DNA from: a virus
Lineage: Duplodnaviria > Caudoviricetes
Direction: 5' to 3' (one strand)
DNA length: 53,456 nucleotides
Virus record (IMG/VR): IMGVR_UViG_3300032050_000182
Coordinates: 1 to 53,456 of that record
Part shown: piece by piece, positions 1 to 10,182 of the stretch
Layout: each line of letters opens with the position of its first letter
Numbering within the stretch: the first letter of the stretch is position 1
Program-made: the position numbers and the translations under genes
The notes under the pieces: model-generated
The model's input: only the letters and a program-made list of their open reading frames with translations
Told to the model about the DNA's origin: nothing
The model's database searches: none

Positions 1-2
1 CT

Positions 3-581
3 CTGGCGCAGGCCGGATTCAAGATGGCTGCGGCTGCTTCACGCCCCGGTGCTACGGCGCTTGGTGCGTTGGGTGAAGGTGCCTCTGAAGGTGCCAAGAT
101 GATGTCTGATATCAACAAGCAATACCGCGCCCTCCAGAGTGATTTGGAAGACAAGGTAATGACGTTGCAGCGTTATCAGCAAGAGCGCAAAGAAGGCAAG
201 ATCGACCGCGATATTGAGTTTGAACGCGAACTTGCTAAAGAAATTCGTGGCACAGAAGCGAAGATTGGAGAACTTGCAGAAGAATCTCGTCGGTTCGATG
301 TCACGACTCAACTTACTCGTGAGCAAATCGCGGCTACTCGTGACCGTGGCGCGGGTTCGGCTGAAGAAAAACTCAAGCGTGCCTACGTTAGCGGTGCCAC
401 TCCACAGATAAGACAGGAAGCACTCAGACGGCTTAGCGAGTTGCGTCGCGTTGATGTACGCTTGCTTGCCGAAGAGTTAAAGGCTGAAGCCGCTGAAAAA
501 CGCGCCGCTATGGAAAACCCCTTTGGCGGTATGGGAAGTATGGGAAGTGGTGAAGGCTGGGGCGAAGTAAGAGTTAAGTAA
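3..581 (+). CDS. 5'-truncated virion/ejection (internal core-like) protein, coiled-coil rich
   Basis: Frame is open from position 3 (LAQAGFKMAAA...); Ala/Glu/Arg-rich helical composition; abuts the 2070-aa gene in the late arm. Confidence 0.55.
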   Translation: MAQAGFKMAAAASRPGATALGALGEGASEGAKMMSDINKQYRALQSDLEDKVMTLQRYQQERKEGKIDRDIEFERELAKEIRGTEAKIGELAEESRRFDVTTQLTREQIAATRDRGAGSAEEKLKRAYVSGATPQIRQEALRRLSELRRVDVRLLAEELKAEAAEKRAAMENPFGGMGSMGSGEGWGEVRVK

Positions 582-3500
582 ATGCCTACCTACGAGATTA
601 CTGGGCCGGACGGTAAAACTTATAGTATCGATGGCCCGGAAGGGGCTACTCGTGAGCAGGTCATTGCGGCTATTCGTAGGCGGCTCGGCGTACAGCAGGC
701 GGGTTCAAGGCAGGCTGGCTTTGTCGAGTCCTTCAAAGAAGCCGCTACCACTCTAAAGGCTGCACCTGCTGCGGCTAAGTTTGCTGCTGCCGATACTCCT
801 GAAGAAAAGGCCGCTACTCGTAAGGCGTTGCTTGAGCAAGCCGGTGGCGATGAGTTCGACACGACGGCGTTTGCCGATATCAAGGATCTACCGGGTGCGC
901 TTGACTGGGCTAAGCAAGTACTTGGCTCGTCGGCAGGTGCATTGGCTGCACCCGCTTTGGCTGGCGTGGCTACTGGCCCGATTGGTGGCGTGGCTGCACT
1001 TGGCACTCAATACACAACGTCGAATCTTATTCGGCAGGCAGAGGAACAAGAGCGAGCCATTGCCGAAGGCCGTCAGGCTGAAGAGACCTCTGTTGGCAAA
1101 GCGATTGCCGGTGCAGGCGCGTCCACGGCGTTGGACGTTGTTGGCTTCAAGTTCTTCCAGCCCCTGTTTAAATCATTCCCGTTGGTTGGAAAACTCTTTG
1201 GCGAGAGTGGTGAGAAAGGCGCTGCGGAAGCTGGCGATAAAATTAAGCAGGCCATAGAAAACAAATCGCTCACGTTCAAGGGCGGTGTTGCTCGTGGCAT
1301 AGCCGAGGGTGTGGCTTTTGAAGTCCCGCAAGAAATCGCACAGACCGCGATTGAGCGTTGGCAGGCTGGCCTGTCCCTGACTGACTCTGAAGCCAAGAGT
1401 GAGTACATCGAAGCCGGTGCTGGCGCGGTTCTCCTTGGCGGTGGCCTTGGTGGTGCGTCTGGCTTTGTCAGTACTCGTAACGAGAAGCGCAGGGCTGAAG
1501 AAGCATTGCGTGAGAAACAACTTGCTGACGAGAAGGCTAAGAGAGAAGCGGCGGAAGCCGCCCGAGCAGCGGCAGGTGAGCCTGTATCGGCTGAGACAGC
1601 CGCAGAGAAACTTGAGCCTGCGAAGATTGATAATACGCTGCTGGCTAATGCCGAGCGCGTTGTTCGTGAGTTTGGCAACGAAGTAAAGGTAAGCGACCAC
1701 GTAAACAAGTTGGTTGATGAGCTTGGCCTGTCGGTCAAGGATGCCAAGAAGACTCTTAGGGAACTACAAAAGAACAAGATCATCTCTTTGAAAGACGGTA
1801 AGTTTACAGTTAACGCGCCCGAAGTTGATGTGCTGCCCTACGTGGGCAAAGAAGGCGAGACTGATTTAGAAGAAGTTGTAACGGATGAAACCGCAGCACA
1901 AGCCCAAGCCGCACAACAAGCACAACAGGAAGCCGCTCCTACCGGAGCACAGGCTGCTGAAACTGCGACTGCCGCTGGAGAACCTGCTGCCGTTGAAGTT
2001 GGCACAGCAGCCCCAACTGAGATTGCAACCACTGAAGGAGTACAACCTGATGAGTCCGTTGCAGGAATTGCAGATGTCACTGCTGAACCGACTGACGTTG
2101 GAGCAGGTGCAGGAGGCGTTGGAGTGCCTCCATCGGGATCAGTTGCCGCAGGATCAGACCTTGAAGGAACTGAAACTTCAGGATTGGGGGCTGCTACACC
2201 TGCTGCTGAGCGACTTGATGTCGGAGCGGAGGCATCTCAGCCTGCATTAACTAAGAAAGCGCAGGCTCAGGCAGAGGTTGTTCAGCGTAAGGAGCAGCGC
2301 AAGGTTGCCCTGAATGAGTTGACGGTCAACTTAGACAATCTAACTACGCTTCTGCCTGAAGATGCTGAGCAAGATACTGTTAGAGAAATTGCTGCTCTTG
2401 CCAAAAAGCTCGGTGCTGTCTATACGCAATTTGAGCGTCTCCCAAAAAACAAGACCGCTGCATTAGATAAGAAAGAATCTGCTCTTGATGCACAGATCGT
2501 ATCTATCCGTAACAGGATCAACTTCCTGACCGATCTTGTAGTAGAGCAGGGTAAGCCGTTCAAGAGCAAGGCTGAACTCGATGCTGAACTGAAGACGAAC
2601 GAGGCTGAGGCACAGCGCCGTGCTGCCCGTGAAGATGCGGGTGGCTTGTCTGCGACTGAAAAAGCGGAGCCTTTCAACCTTCAACTAGAAGCGCAACTGC
2701 GTAATGGCGTTAATAACGCTATCGACTTCATATCCCAAGACGTTGATCAGAGCCGAAGCGTTCTTCTGGCTCAGCCGCGCAAGCAAGTCATGCAGGATGT
2801 CAAGCGGGGCAAACCTGCTCTTGCTGAAGACATCACAGATACTATCGTTGAGGCCAAGCCTGCGATTGGTGGACGCCGCGTTGAAGCGGATGAAAAGCGC
2901 CAGATAGGTATTAAAGTATCTGAGGTTCTGTCAGGTCTGACAGAGCTTCTTAGCCGTGTCAGTTTCCAAGACTCTGCGGTGCAGATTGAAGGTGACGCAA
3001 ACACAGATCCAAATGTGTTCACCCGACTGCGGCAGGACAACCGTCTTGCTGAGTATGATCCGAAGACCAACACGTTCTACTTCACACGTGACGGTCTCTC
3101 AAGCAAGGTCTTCCTGCACGAAGCGGTACACGCTGCGACTGTAAAGATATTAAGGGCTTTTGAGACTGCACCAGACAGTCTTACGCCTAGTCAGCGTGAC
3201 GGCGCTGAACACATGATTAAAATCTACACCGAGGCAAAGAAGAAGCTCGGTGGGCGGTTCCGTAATGAGTTTGAGAACGTATATGAGTTCGTCAGTGGCG
3301 TGGCTACCGACAAGAAACTACAGCGCGAACTAGCGAAGATCTCTCGTCCCAATCTCGCCAAGTACACCAAGCGTGTCACGACTCTGTGGAATCAGTTCAC
3401 GGAAGCGTTGGCTAAGATGTTTGGTATTGATAGCCGCAAGGGGACTAAGGGTCGAATCCTCGACGAGAACGTACTTCCTCCAGAAGTCTCCGGCACAAGC

Positions 3501-6500
3501 CGCTTAGTACCGGGCGATGCTGGCTATCAAGGCAACCTGCTGCTTGAGGCATCGCAGGCTCTTCAGTACATCATCTCTGCACCCGAGAAGGGCGTGGATG
3601 TGGCTCCTCTGCCTGCCCGTGGTCGGCGTGGTAAGGGTCAGCGTCTCGTTGCTCCTACCCAAAAGATGACGTTAGAAGAGGCGATTGCTGCTGACACGGT
3701 TAGGTACAAAAAGAAGTACGACAAGCCAAGCACCGTCAAAAAATTGGCTAACTTCTTCTCTGGTCAGGATGGCTACGAGTGGCTTGCCCGTAAGTTTCAG
3801 AACGACCGTCGCCCGTTGGTCTGGCTGCAAGAACAGTTGCGCCGTGCGGGACTACTGAAATATGGCGGTAAGGATGCCAACAACCTGTATGACTTAATTG
3901 CTCTGTCGTCAGGTAAGGCATTCCACAACATGACTCAGTACATGCAGAGCCATTTTGACGACGTTCATAAGGCTATCAAGGACTACGCGAACGCGAAGGG
4001 TATCGATGTAGATACAGCGTTGATCCGTCTTAGCCGGTACTTGACTGCCCGTCACGAGCCTGAACGCAGGCATGTGAAGTATTTGATGAACGTGCCGCTG
4101 AATAATACGACTAAGGTTCGTAGTGCGGTGCTTGGCGTCGAGGGCACCCCTGCGATGCTACGTGAGTTCATTCTCCGTGAGTTGCATAAGCCACAGGATC
4201 TAGTCAGCAACGGCAAAGCCAAGCAATACCGTCAGGTTCTAGAGCAACTCGTTCAGAAGTACAAGGACAAGGACGGCGTAAGCACGACCAAGGCTAAGCC
4301 CGGTTCGATGTCTCTGGACGAGAACGCGCCTGAATACACGGTACTTGGCACGTTGGATAAGGAACTCATTGCCGAAACAATGAGGGATTTCGAAGCTGAT
4401 CAGGCCAATGAAGCAACGGCTGCGTCAATGAAGCAGTTGCTCGACGCTTTAGAAGTCATCAAGGAAAACTCCAAGATGCTGGATCGGGAGGCAAACTACT
4501 GGTCGCCCCCGGTTGATAACATCGTGAACTTCTACGGCTATCAGTACTACGTGCCGTTCAAAGGTAAGCCGCCCAAAGAGACTGATGTCAGCGAAGGCGA
4601 TGAGCGGTTTGAGATTGGCGGCCCCCGTCTGGGTGGCGAACTGTCCGAGGCCGCGCAAGCCGCTGAAGGTCGTATATCCGACTCCGAAAACGTGATCTTG
4701 CAGTTGCTTTCGGACGGTACAAAATCGACGATGCGGGCCGGGCGTAGCGGAGTTACTCAGGCCATTAAGAATCTCATTCAGGATGGCTACATCCGTGGCA
4801 GCAAGAGTCCCAAGGTCGTCAAGTTTGAAGACCGCTATAAGGGATTTGACCCGTCTGAGTTGCGCGGTGAGAACAAGATCTTCCACCACACGCCGGAAGG
4901 CAACATCGAAGTCTTCACCATCAATGATAACGTGATGCGTGATGCCATCCGTCGTGCATATCAGACGCCGAGTCCGTTCATTGAGTTCGCCAACAAGATC
5001 ACGAGCGGCATCGGTCACTTCCACACCCGATACAACCCTGCCTTCTACCCGTACAACTTTGTCCGTGACGCGCTAACCAACGCCTTCACGATGAGTTCGG
5101 AAATGGGGCCGAAAGCAGCGTTCGACTACATCGGCGCTGTGGCTGTACAAGTAGGCAAGATGGGTCTGGTCAAGACGGGTCGTGTTGCCAAAATGTATGC
5201 TGAGGGCCGCGTCTCAGAAATTGAGGCGATGGCTAAGAAAGATCCAGACGTTGCCAACATTCTTGAGTATCTCGAAGAAGGCGGTCGAACGACGTACATC
5301 CAAGGCTTGTCTTTGGAGAGCCAGAAGGAAGAACTTGCCAAGAGCATCGGCAACCAGAAGTACGCACGTACCTCCGAGCAGATCAACAAGTGGGTTGATA
5401 TCTGGGCAGACTCGTTTGAATTCACGAGCCGTGCCGCTGCCTACTCGGTAGCCAAGAGTAACGCTATGGCGCGTGGTGCTACAGAAGCCGAAGCCCGTCA
5501 GGAAGCCGCCGCCTACGCCAAGAACCTCGCTAACTTTGAGCAGGTCGGTGAATACGGCAGAACGGCAGGCGCACTCTTTATGTTCTTCCGTCCGGCTGCG
5601 ACGGGTGCTGTCCGTGCCTTCGACTCAATGGCTCCGCTGTTCCAGAACCTAGAGGCTGCTGAAGCCCGGTTGCCACCCGGCATTCGTGAGAACCCGGAGG
5701 CTATGGCCAAGTTCCGTGAGAACTTCATCAGACAACAGGACATGGCTCGGGCTACGGTCTACGGCCTCCTCGGTGCGGGTGCGACGTTGTATCTCATGGC
5801 TTACATGGCCTCGGATGACGACGAGTTAGGTCGCAACAAAGTCGAGACGGATGACATGGCTCTTTGGACGCGCAACCTGCGCCTGCCGCTTGGCATCATC
5901 GGCAAGGAAGGCTTTCTGCAACTGCCGTGGGGCTTCGGTCTTGGCGCGTTCGGTGCTGCTGGCGCACAGGTAGCGGGCGCTGCCTTCGGTAAAACGTCCA
6001 TGAAAGACATGGCTGTGAACATGACGAACGTAGCCTTGGATTCGTTCATGCCGTTGCCGGTGTCGCGTATCGATCCTACGGAGAACTTCCCGGCGTGGAT
6101 CGTGGACTCCATCGTGCCTTCGGCAGCGCGTCCGTTTGTTGAGTTTGCGATGAACGTCGATGGCCTCGGTCGTGAGATCTACAACAACCGTGCGACCAAG
6201 TACGGTGAAGCCTACACGGGTGGCAAGAACGTGCCTGAACTCTATAAGACGATGGCGCAGGGCATGTTTGAGTTCACAAACGGCGATATCAAAGTCCAGC
6301 CGAACACGTTGTACTTCTGGACTAATAATTACTTAGACGGTATCTCGCGTATCGCGCACAGTGCATACGGCATCGGCCTGACGGCGGCGGGAGATAAAGA
6401 CTTCGATGCTAAGACTGACCTTGTTCTCTTCAGCAGTTTTGTGGGTCGTAAGTCGAACTATGATGGCCGCGAGTTTGCACAGGTAGAAAAGAAGATTGAA

Positions 6501-6794
6501 GACAAGGCCGACACGCTTCGTTCTCTTGAGAACACGGCTAAACTAACTGGTGATGTTGAGTCGCTACGCCGGTACTATGAGCGTTTTCCGAATGACAAGG
6601 CGATTATTTACATCTACAACAAGCAGAAAAATAATCGGCTGCGTAACCTTCAGGAAATACGTAATGCCGTGGATAGTAATAAGAATTACACGCCGAAGCA
6701 GAAGAAAGAAATCATCGATCAAATTGATCTGGAACGAAACTACATCAAGCGCGGCTTGATCGAAACCTTCCGACAGTACGGCGTGAATCCTTAA
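582..6794 (+). CDS. Large polyvalent / internal virion protein with zincin-like metallopeptidase motif and LPD38-like C-terminal region
   Basis: 2070 aa; HEXXH motif FLHEAVHAAT at about 3117-3131; C-terminal LPWGFGLG...RPFVEFAMNVDGLGREIY segment resembles LPD38; last gene of the late arm. Confidence 0.7.
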   Translation: MPTYEITGPDGKTYSIDGPEGATREQVIAAIRRRLGVQQAGSRQAGFVESFKEAATTLKAAPAAAKFAAADTPEEKAATRKALLEQAGGDEFDTTAFADIKDLPGALDWAKQVLGSSAGALAAPALAGVATGPIGGVAALGTQYTTSNLIRQAEEQERAIAEGRQAEETSVGKAIAGAGASTALDVVGFKFFQPLFKSFPLVGKLFGESGEKGAAEAGDKIKQAIENKSLTFKGGVARGIAEGVAFEVPQEIAQTAIERWQAGLSLTDSEAKSEYIEAGAGAVLLGGGLGGASGFVSTRNEKRRAEEALREKQLADEKAKREAAEAARAAAGEPVSAETAAEKLEPAKIDNTLLANAERVVREFGNEVKVSDHVNKLVDELGLSVKDAKKTLRELQKNKIISLKDGKFTVNAPEVDVLPYVGKEGETDLEEVVTDETAAQAQAAQQAQQEAAPTGAQAAETATAAGEPAAVEVGTAAPTEIATTEGVQPDESVAGIADVTAEPTDVGAGAGGVGVPPSGSVAAGSDLEGTETSGLGAATPAAERLDVGAEASQPALTKKAQAQAEVVQRKEQRKVALNELTVNLDNLTTLLPEDAEQDTVREIAALAKKLGAVYTQFERLPKNKTAALDKKESALDAQIVSIRNRINFLTDLVVEQGKPFKSKAELDAELKTNEAEAQRRAAREDAGGLSATEKAEPFNLQLEAQLRNGVNNAIDFISQDVDQSRSVLLAQPRKQVMQDVKRGKPALAEDITDTIVEAKPAIGGRRVEADEKRQIGIKVSEVLSGLTELLSRVSFQDSAVQIEGDANTDPNVFTRLRQDNRLAEYDPKTNTFYFTRDGLSSKVFLHEAVHAATVKILRAFETAPDSLTPSQRDGAEHMIKIYTEAKKKLGGRFRNEFENVYEFVSGVATDKKLQRELAKISRPNLAKYTKRVTTLWNQFTEALAKMFGIDSRKGTKGRILDENVLPPEVSGTSRLVPGDAGYQGNLLLEASQALQYIISAPEKGVDVAPLPARGRRGKGQRLVAPTQKMTLEEAIAADTVRYKKKYDKPSTVKKLANFFSGQDGYEWLARKFQNDRRPLVWLQEQLRRAGLLKYGGKDANNLYDLIALSSGKAFHNMTQYMQSHFDDVHKAIKDYANAKGIDVDTALIRLSRYLTARHEPERRHVKYLMNVPLNNTTKVRSAVLGVEGTPAMLREFILRELHKPQDLVSNGKAKQYRQVLEQLVQKYKDKDGVSTTKAKPGSMSLDENAPEYTVLGTLDKELIAETMRDFEADQANEATAASMKQLLDALEVIKENSKMLDREANYWSPPVDNIVNFYGYQYYVPFKGKPPKETDVSEGDERFEIGGPRLGGELSEAAQAAEGRISDSENVILQLLSDGTKSTMRAGRSGVTQAIKNLIQDGYIRGSKSPKVVKFEDRYKGFDPSELRGENKIFHHTPEGNIEVFTINDNVMRDAIRRAYQTPSPFIEFANKITSGIGHFHTRYNPAFYPYNFVRDALTNAFTMSSEMGPKAAFDYIGAVAVQVGKMGLVKTGRVAKMYAEGRVSEIEAMAKKDPDVANILEYLEEGGRTTYIQGLSLESQKEELAKSIGNQKYARTSEQINKWVDIWADSFEFTSRAAAYSVAKSNAMARGATEAEARQEAAAYAKNLANFEQVGEYGRTAGALFMFFRPAATGAVRAFDSMAPLFQNLEAAEARLPPGIRENPEAMAKFRENFIRQQDMARATVYGLLGAGATLYLMAYMASDDDELGRNKVETDDMALWTRNLRLPLGIIGKEGFLQLPWGFGLGAFGAAGAQVAGAAFGKTSMKDMAVNMTNVALDSFMPLPVSRIDPTENFPAWIVDSIVPSAARPFVEFAMNVDGLGREIYNNRATKYGEAYTGGKNVPELYKTMAQGMFEFTNGDIKVQPNTLYFWTNNYLDGISRIAHSAYGIGLTAAGDKDFDAKTDLVLFSSFVGRKSNYDGREFAQVEKKIEDKADTLRSLENTAKLTGDVESLRRYYERFPNDKAIIYIYNKQKNNRLRNLQEIRNAVDSNKNYTPKQKKEIIDQIDLERNYIKRGLIETFRQYGVNP

Positions 6795-6997
6795 GCGAGC
6801 CTCCACACCCGCACACCAATAAGCCCGTCCTTACTGGACGGGTATACCCTGACTTTAACTTTTGCTTTCTTAGCTGAAGTGTCTATTTTGTAGACCATCT
6901 CTGCTGGCTTGAGAGTAGGCACGAAGAAACTGTCCCCAATCTTCATGAAGTCGAAAGGGAACAGCCACTCCGGTTCCTCAATCCTTACGGAGTTCAT
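6791..6997 (-). CDS. Small conserved phage protein, putative DNA-binding
   Basis: 68 aa with FPFxxMxIGDSFFVP...GVRVWR pattern; overlaps primase stop. Confidence 0.6.
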   Translation of the reverse strand: MNSVRIEEPEWLFPFDFMKIGDSFFVPTLKPAEMVYKIDTSAKKAKVKVRVYPSSKDGLIGVRVWRLA

Positions 6998-9794
6998 TCA
7001 CCAAGTTCTCTACGTTCTCGTCCTTGAATGCGTACGCCCAGACCGGATGGAAACTAGAACCGCCCTTCCAACCTGCGCCGAGACGCTTCTTCTTGGTGTC
7101 AACCAACAACCCCTGTGAAGTCATCACGTGTTCAAACTTGCGGATGCTGATGCCACGTGAGGCCAAGAACTTATTCAGTTCCGTGCGTGATACGTAGTAC
7201 ATCTTTGTATCCATCTCGATACGCCCGATCAACTGCCTCGGGTCGTACTGATTGACCAGACGCTCGCCGTCGAAGATCAAGAACGTGGACTGATTGTTGT
7301 TGCAGAACTCACCAAGCAGAGTCTTGTAGTCGCTCGGGTCAATCTTCACCGCACGGTCGCGGATGTCCATGATGTCAGTCAAGACCTTCTGATAAATGTG
7401 TTCCAGATCAAGGCTGATGATCTCGGCTTCGTTGGCAATCTCACCACCCGCAAACGCCGCTGCCACCAAACTCTCATAGAAGCGATGGCTCACATCGTCA
7501 CCGAAGTCGGCACGGAACCGATACTGCCACTTCTCAATCTTGCGCTTAACCTCATCTACGCCGATCTTATATACGTACTTGATGAACATCGGCCCTGCGT
7601 GCCCATAGTTGAAGCGGAATGGGTTAAACAACTTCATACCCACTTCGCGGGTCAGGCTGTGCGGTCGCTTCACATCAAACTCAACAATACGAGCCACCTC
7701 ACCATCCGGGCTTGCCTTCAGTTGCTGCAACTTATCGTAGAGCGGAGAGTTCGTAGTAAAGATAGCAATCAGCGATGCCGTCATCTCCAAATCACGTTCT
7801 GCGTTGACCGAAGACTGCATACGCAACTTGGCCTTACCCTGCGAGATCCGGTGAGCCAGACGAGAGATAGCCTCGGGGTCTGCGTTCGATGCCTCATCGA
7901 TACCGAGCGGCAGGTTCTTCAGGTTAAGCAAACGTCCAACGAAAGCGTTGTCCGTTGCGTTGCCATCCAACACGCTGAGTTCTCGTGGATCGCCCCAGAT
8001 CGACAAGGCTGAATACATGGCACTCGTCTTACCCGTGCCTGACTCGGCACTAGCGAAGGACACGCATACACCCGCAGTCGGGGTCAGGTACATAAGAGGA
8101 GAGCCGAATCCACAGAGCATACCGAAGGCATGCAACTCATAGCCCGGTGCGTCCAGTGCGTTGGCTGATTCCTTCCACAGATCGTACTCACCAACCGGAT
8201 TCAGCAGTTTAGAAATGTTCCGTACCAACGGACTGGCAGACGCCTTCACCGTTTCTCCGGTCGGGATAATCTCGTTCCCACCAATCACGAACGCATCGTG
8301 ATTCTCTGTCCATCCCATTTGCATACGCATAATTTCGGCCTTGTGTTTGCTCATCAAGTATTGGTTCCACTTGATTACATAGTTCTGTAGGTGAACCAAG
8401 TGGGTCGGAAGAAAGGTAACGCTGTTACTACTAAGGATCTTTTTAAAGAAATCAATGGCGTAGACCCAACTCATCGGCAATATAAATTCACGGAGCGGGT
8501 CGTGCTGCATCAGGTGGCGCATCAACATGCACTCACCGTCCGCTGGGCTATACATTCTCTTAACAGGAAAGAGATCATTAACTGACAGACAGATCGGATC
8601 TTGCTGCTGCTTTATACCTTCCTCGTCCACCTTGGGAGGAGGCACGAAATACACACCCCCGTTGCGGCCACGAGTGTATGGCTTCAAGAATGGTGGGAAT
8701 GTAGGAATCTCTTGGGGATTCTCCGAGAGCCGAACTGTGTCCTCCTCGGACATTTCCTTTGTCGGGGCTTCGACGAGCCGCTTTCCGATAGCAAGTGGGT
8801 TTGTGATTCGTCCCTTGAGGGGGCATCCTTCACAGCCACCGGGGTTGAGTTCGTCAAACTTCTCACACGAGAAGGGCTTACCAAATGCTTGGTTGGCTTT
8901 CTTAACGGTGTTTTCATAGTTATAGCCGGGGTGATCCTCAGACATGAGGTGGATGGCAGATTCCCAATCGGTGCAATGCCGTGCAATCGATAACCCCGCA
9001 TACCACATTGGCTCTTCCAACGTGGCGGCATTCATAAGGATGTGCTTGATCTGAGCGCAGCCCTCGCCGCTCAGACTACTCTCAGCAATGTCTTGGAACG
9101 TGGTCTCGTAGTTGTCGAGCCGCGCTATCTTCTTCGTATCTTCGTCCAAGCCCTTGGGGAACATGTCCAACAGGGACTTAGTATCGGGTTCGACGACACC
9201 CAGAAAGTCCTTGAAGTCTTCAAAACTGTACTGCCCAAAGTCTTCATCAAGCAGGCGAGTCGGTACAGGTTCGTCCTTCTTGTAATTAAACGTCTCAGGA
9301 CAGCGTAGGATTCTCGCTGCATCCGCTGTGACAGCAGGATCAATCTTGATGTGATCCAAACATAACTGTTTGAATTTGAGTGCGTAGGGCTTCCACTCCT
9401 CGGTAGGAATGTCCTGATCAAATAGCCAATACGCATGGACACCGCCGCCCGAATCCACGCGGACTGGAGGCGGAAGACCCACAATAGATATGAAGTCATC
9501 AAGCGAGGCTAATGCCTCTTCCTTGGTGCGGTACTTCTTCGGATTGTCACCTACGTCCAGATCGATAAAGAACGACCGGCAATAGATGGCATTCTCGGCA
9601 CGACGGCTATAGCCGTTGAACGTGTTTAACGCGACGAATACATTTTGGTTTACCTCTTTCAGTCCTTCAACAATTTCAAACAATTCGCCGAGTGTCTCTG
9701 CAAACTCGTTGGTAATCTTACCTTCTCTGTCGATTCCAGCAGCACAGTAAACACCCTGCGACGGCAATGCTTTCTCGTAGAATTCTTTTATCAT
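6978..9794 (-). CDS. Primase-helicase (AEP-type primase N-terminus; DUF927-like NTPase/helicase C-terminus)
   Basis: AEP motifs FFIDLD and DSGGGVHAYW, ARILR; Cys cluster CEKF...CEGC; Walker A ESGTGKTS and Walker B LGIDE. Confidence 0.85.
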   Translation of the reverse strand: MIKEFYEKALPSQGVYCAAGIDREGKITNEFAETLGELFEIVEGLKEVNQNVFVALNTFNGYSRRAENAIYCRSFFIDLDVGDNPKKYRTKEEALASLDDFISIVGLPPPVRVDSGGGVHAYWLFDQDIPTEEWKPYALKFKQLCLDHIKIDPAVTADAARILRCPETFNYKKDEPVPTRLLDEDFGQYSFEDFKDFLGVVEPDTKSLLDMFPKGLDEDTKKIARLDNYETTFQDIAESSLSGEGCAQIKHILMNAATLEEPMWYAGLSIARHCTDWESAIHLMSEDHPGYNYENTVKKANQAFGKPFSCEKFDELNPGGCEGCPLKGRITNPLAIGKRLVEAPTKEMSEEDTVRLSENPQEIPTFPPFLKPYTRGRNGGVYFVPPPKVDEEGIKQQQDPICLSVNDLFPVKRMYSPADGECMLMRHLMQHDPLREFILPMSWVYAIDFFKKILSSNSVTFLPTHLVHLQNYVIKWNQYLMSKHKAEIMRMQMGWTENHDAFVIGGNEIIPTGETVKASASPLVRNISKLLNPVGEYDLWKESANALDAPGYELHAFGMLCGFGSPLMYLTPTAGVCVSFASAESGTGKTSAMYSALSIWGDPRELSVLDGNATDNAFVGRLLNLKNLPLGIDEASNADPEAISRLAHRISQGKAKLRMQSSVNAERDLEMTASLIAIFTTNSPLYDKLQQLKASPDGEVARIVEFDVKRPHSLTREVGMKLFNPFRFNYGHAGPMFIKYVYKIGVDEVKRKIEKWQYRFRADFGDDVSHRFYESLVAAAFAGGEIANEAEIISLDLEHIYQKVLTDIMDIRDRAVKIDPSDYKTLLGEFCNNNQSTFLIFDGERLVNQYDPRQLIGRIEMDTKMYYVSRTELNKFLASRGISIRKFEHVMTSQGLLVDTKKKRLGAGWKGGSSFHPVWAYAFKDENVENLVNELRKD

Positions 9795-9808
9795 GACCGC
9801 TCACAGAT

Positions 9809-9836
9809 AAAAAAGCGGGGCGACGGCCACCCCGCT
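9809..9836 (-). terminator. Intrinsic terminator upstream of primase-helicase
   Basis: Minus strand AGCGGGGTGGCCGTCGCCCCGCT followed by a T run. Confidence 0.7.
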
Positions 9837-9861
9837 AACACCTATAGACTAACGACTCAGA

Positions 9862-10173
9862 TCAAACCTGACCTCCAACCATGTCTTCGATGTAGAGTTT
9901 CGCATCGATCATATTGGAAGCCGGAAGCCTACCAAACTCCATGTCTTTCTCTACAAGAGTCATGAAGGCTTCGACCATCTTGCGCTTCTCCTCACGGATA
10001 CCTTGGCCACGAAACCACGCATACACAGTCATGCGTGAGATCTTCAATGCTTTAGCCACGTACGTCGCAGGGAGATTGGCCTCGACACACAGCCTACCGA
10101 GTTTGACACCCAGACGAGTAGGGTCTGCGTCCTTCAGGCCGAGCAGAAATTCGTAACTGTATGAACGAGGCAT
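9862..10173 (-). CDS. HTH (XRE/Cro-like) DNA-binding protein
   Basis: ATYVAKALKISRMTVYAWFRG helix-turn-helix pattern. Confidence 0.75.
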   Translation of the reverse strand: MPRSYSYEFLLGLKDADPTRLGVKLGRLCVEANLPATYVAKALKISRMTVYAWFRGQGIREEKRKMVEAFMTLVEKDMEFGRLPASNMIDAKLYIEDMVGGQV

Positions 10174-10182
10174 GGCTGCTCC

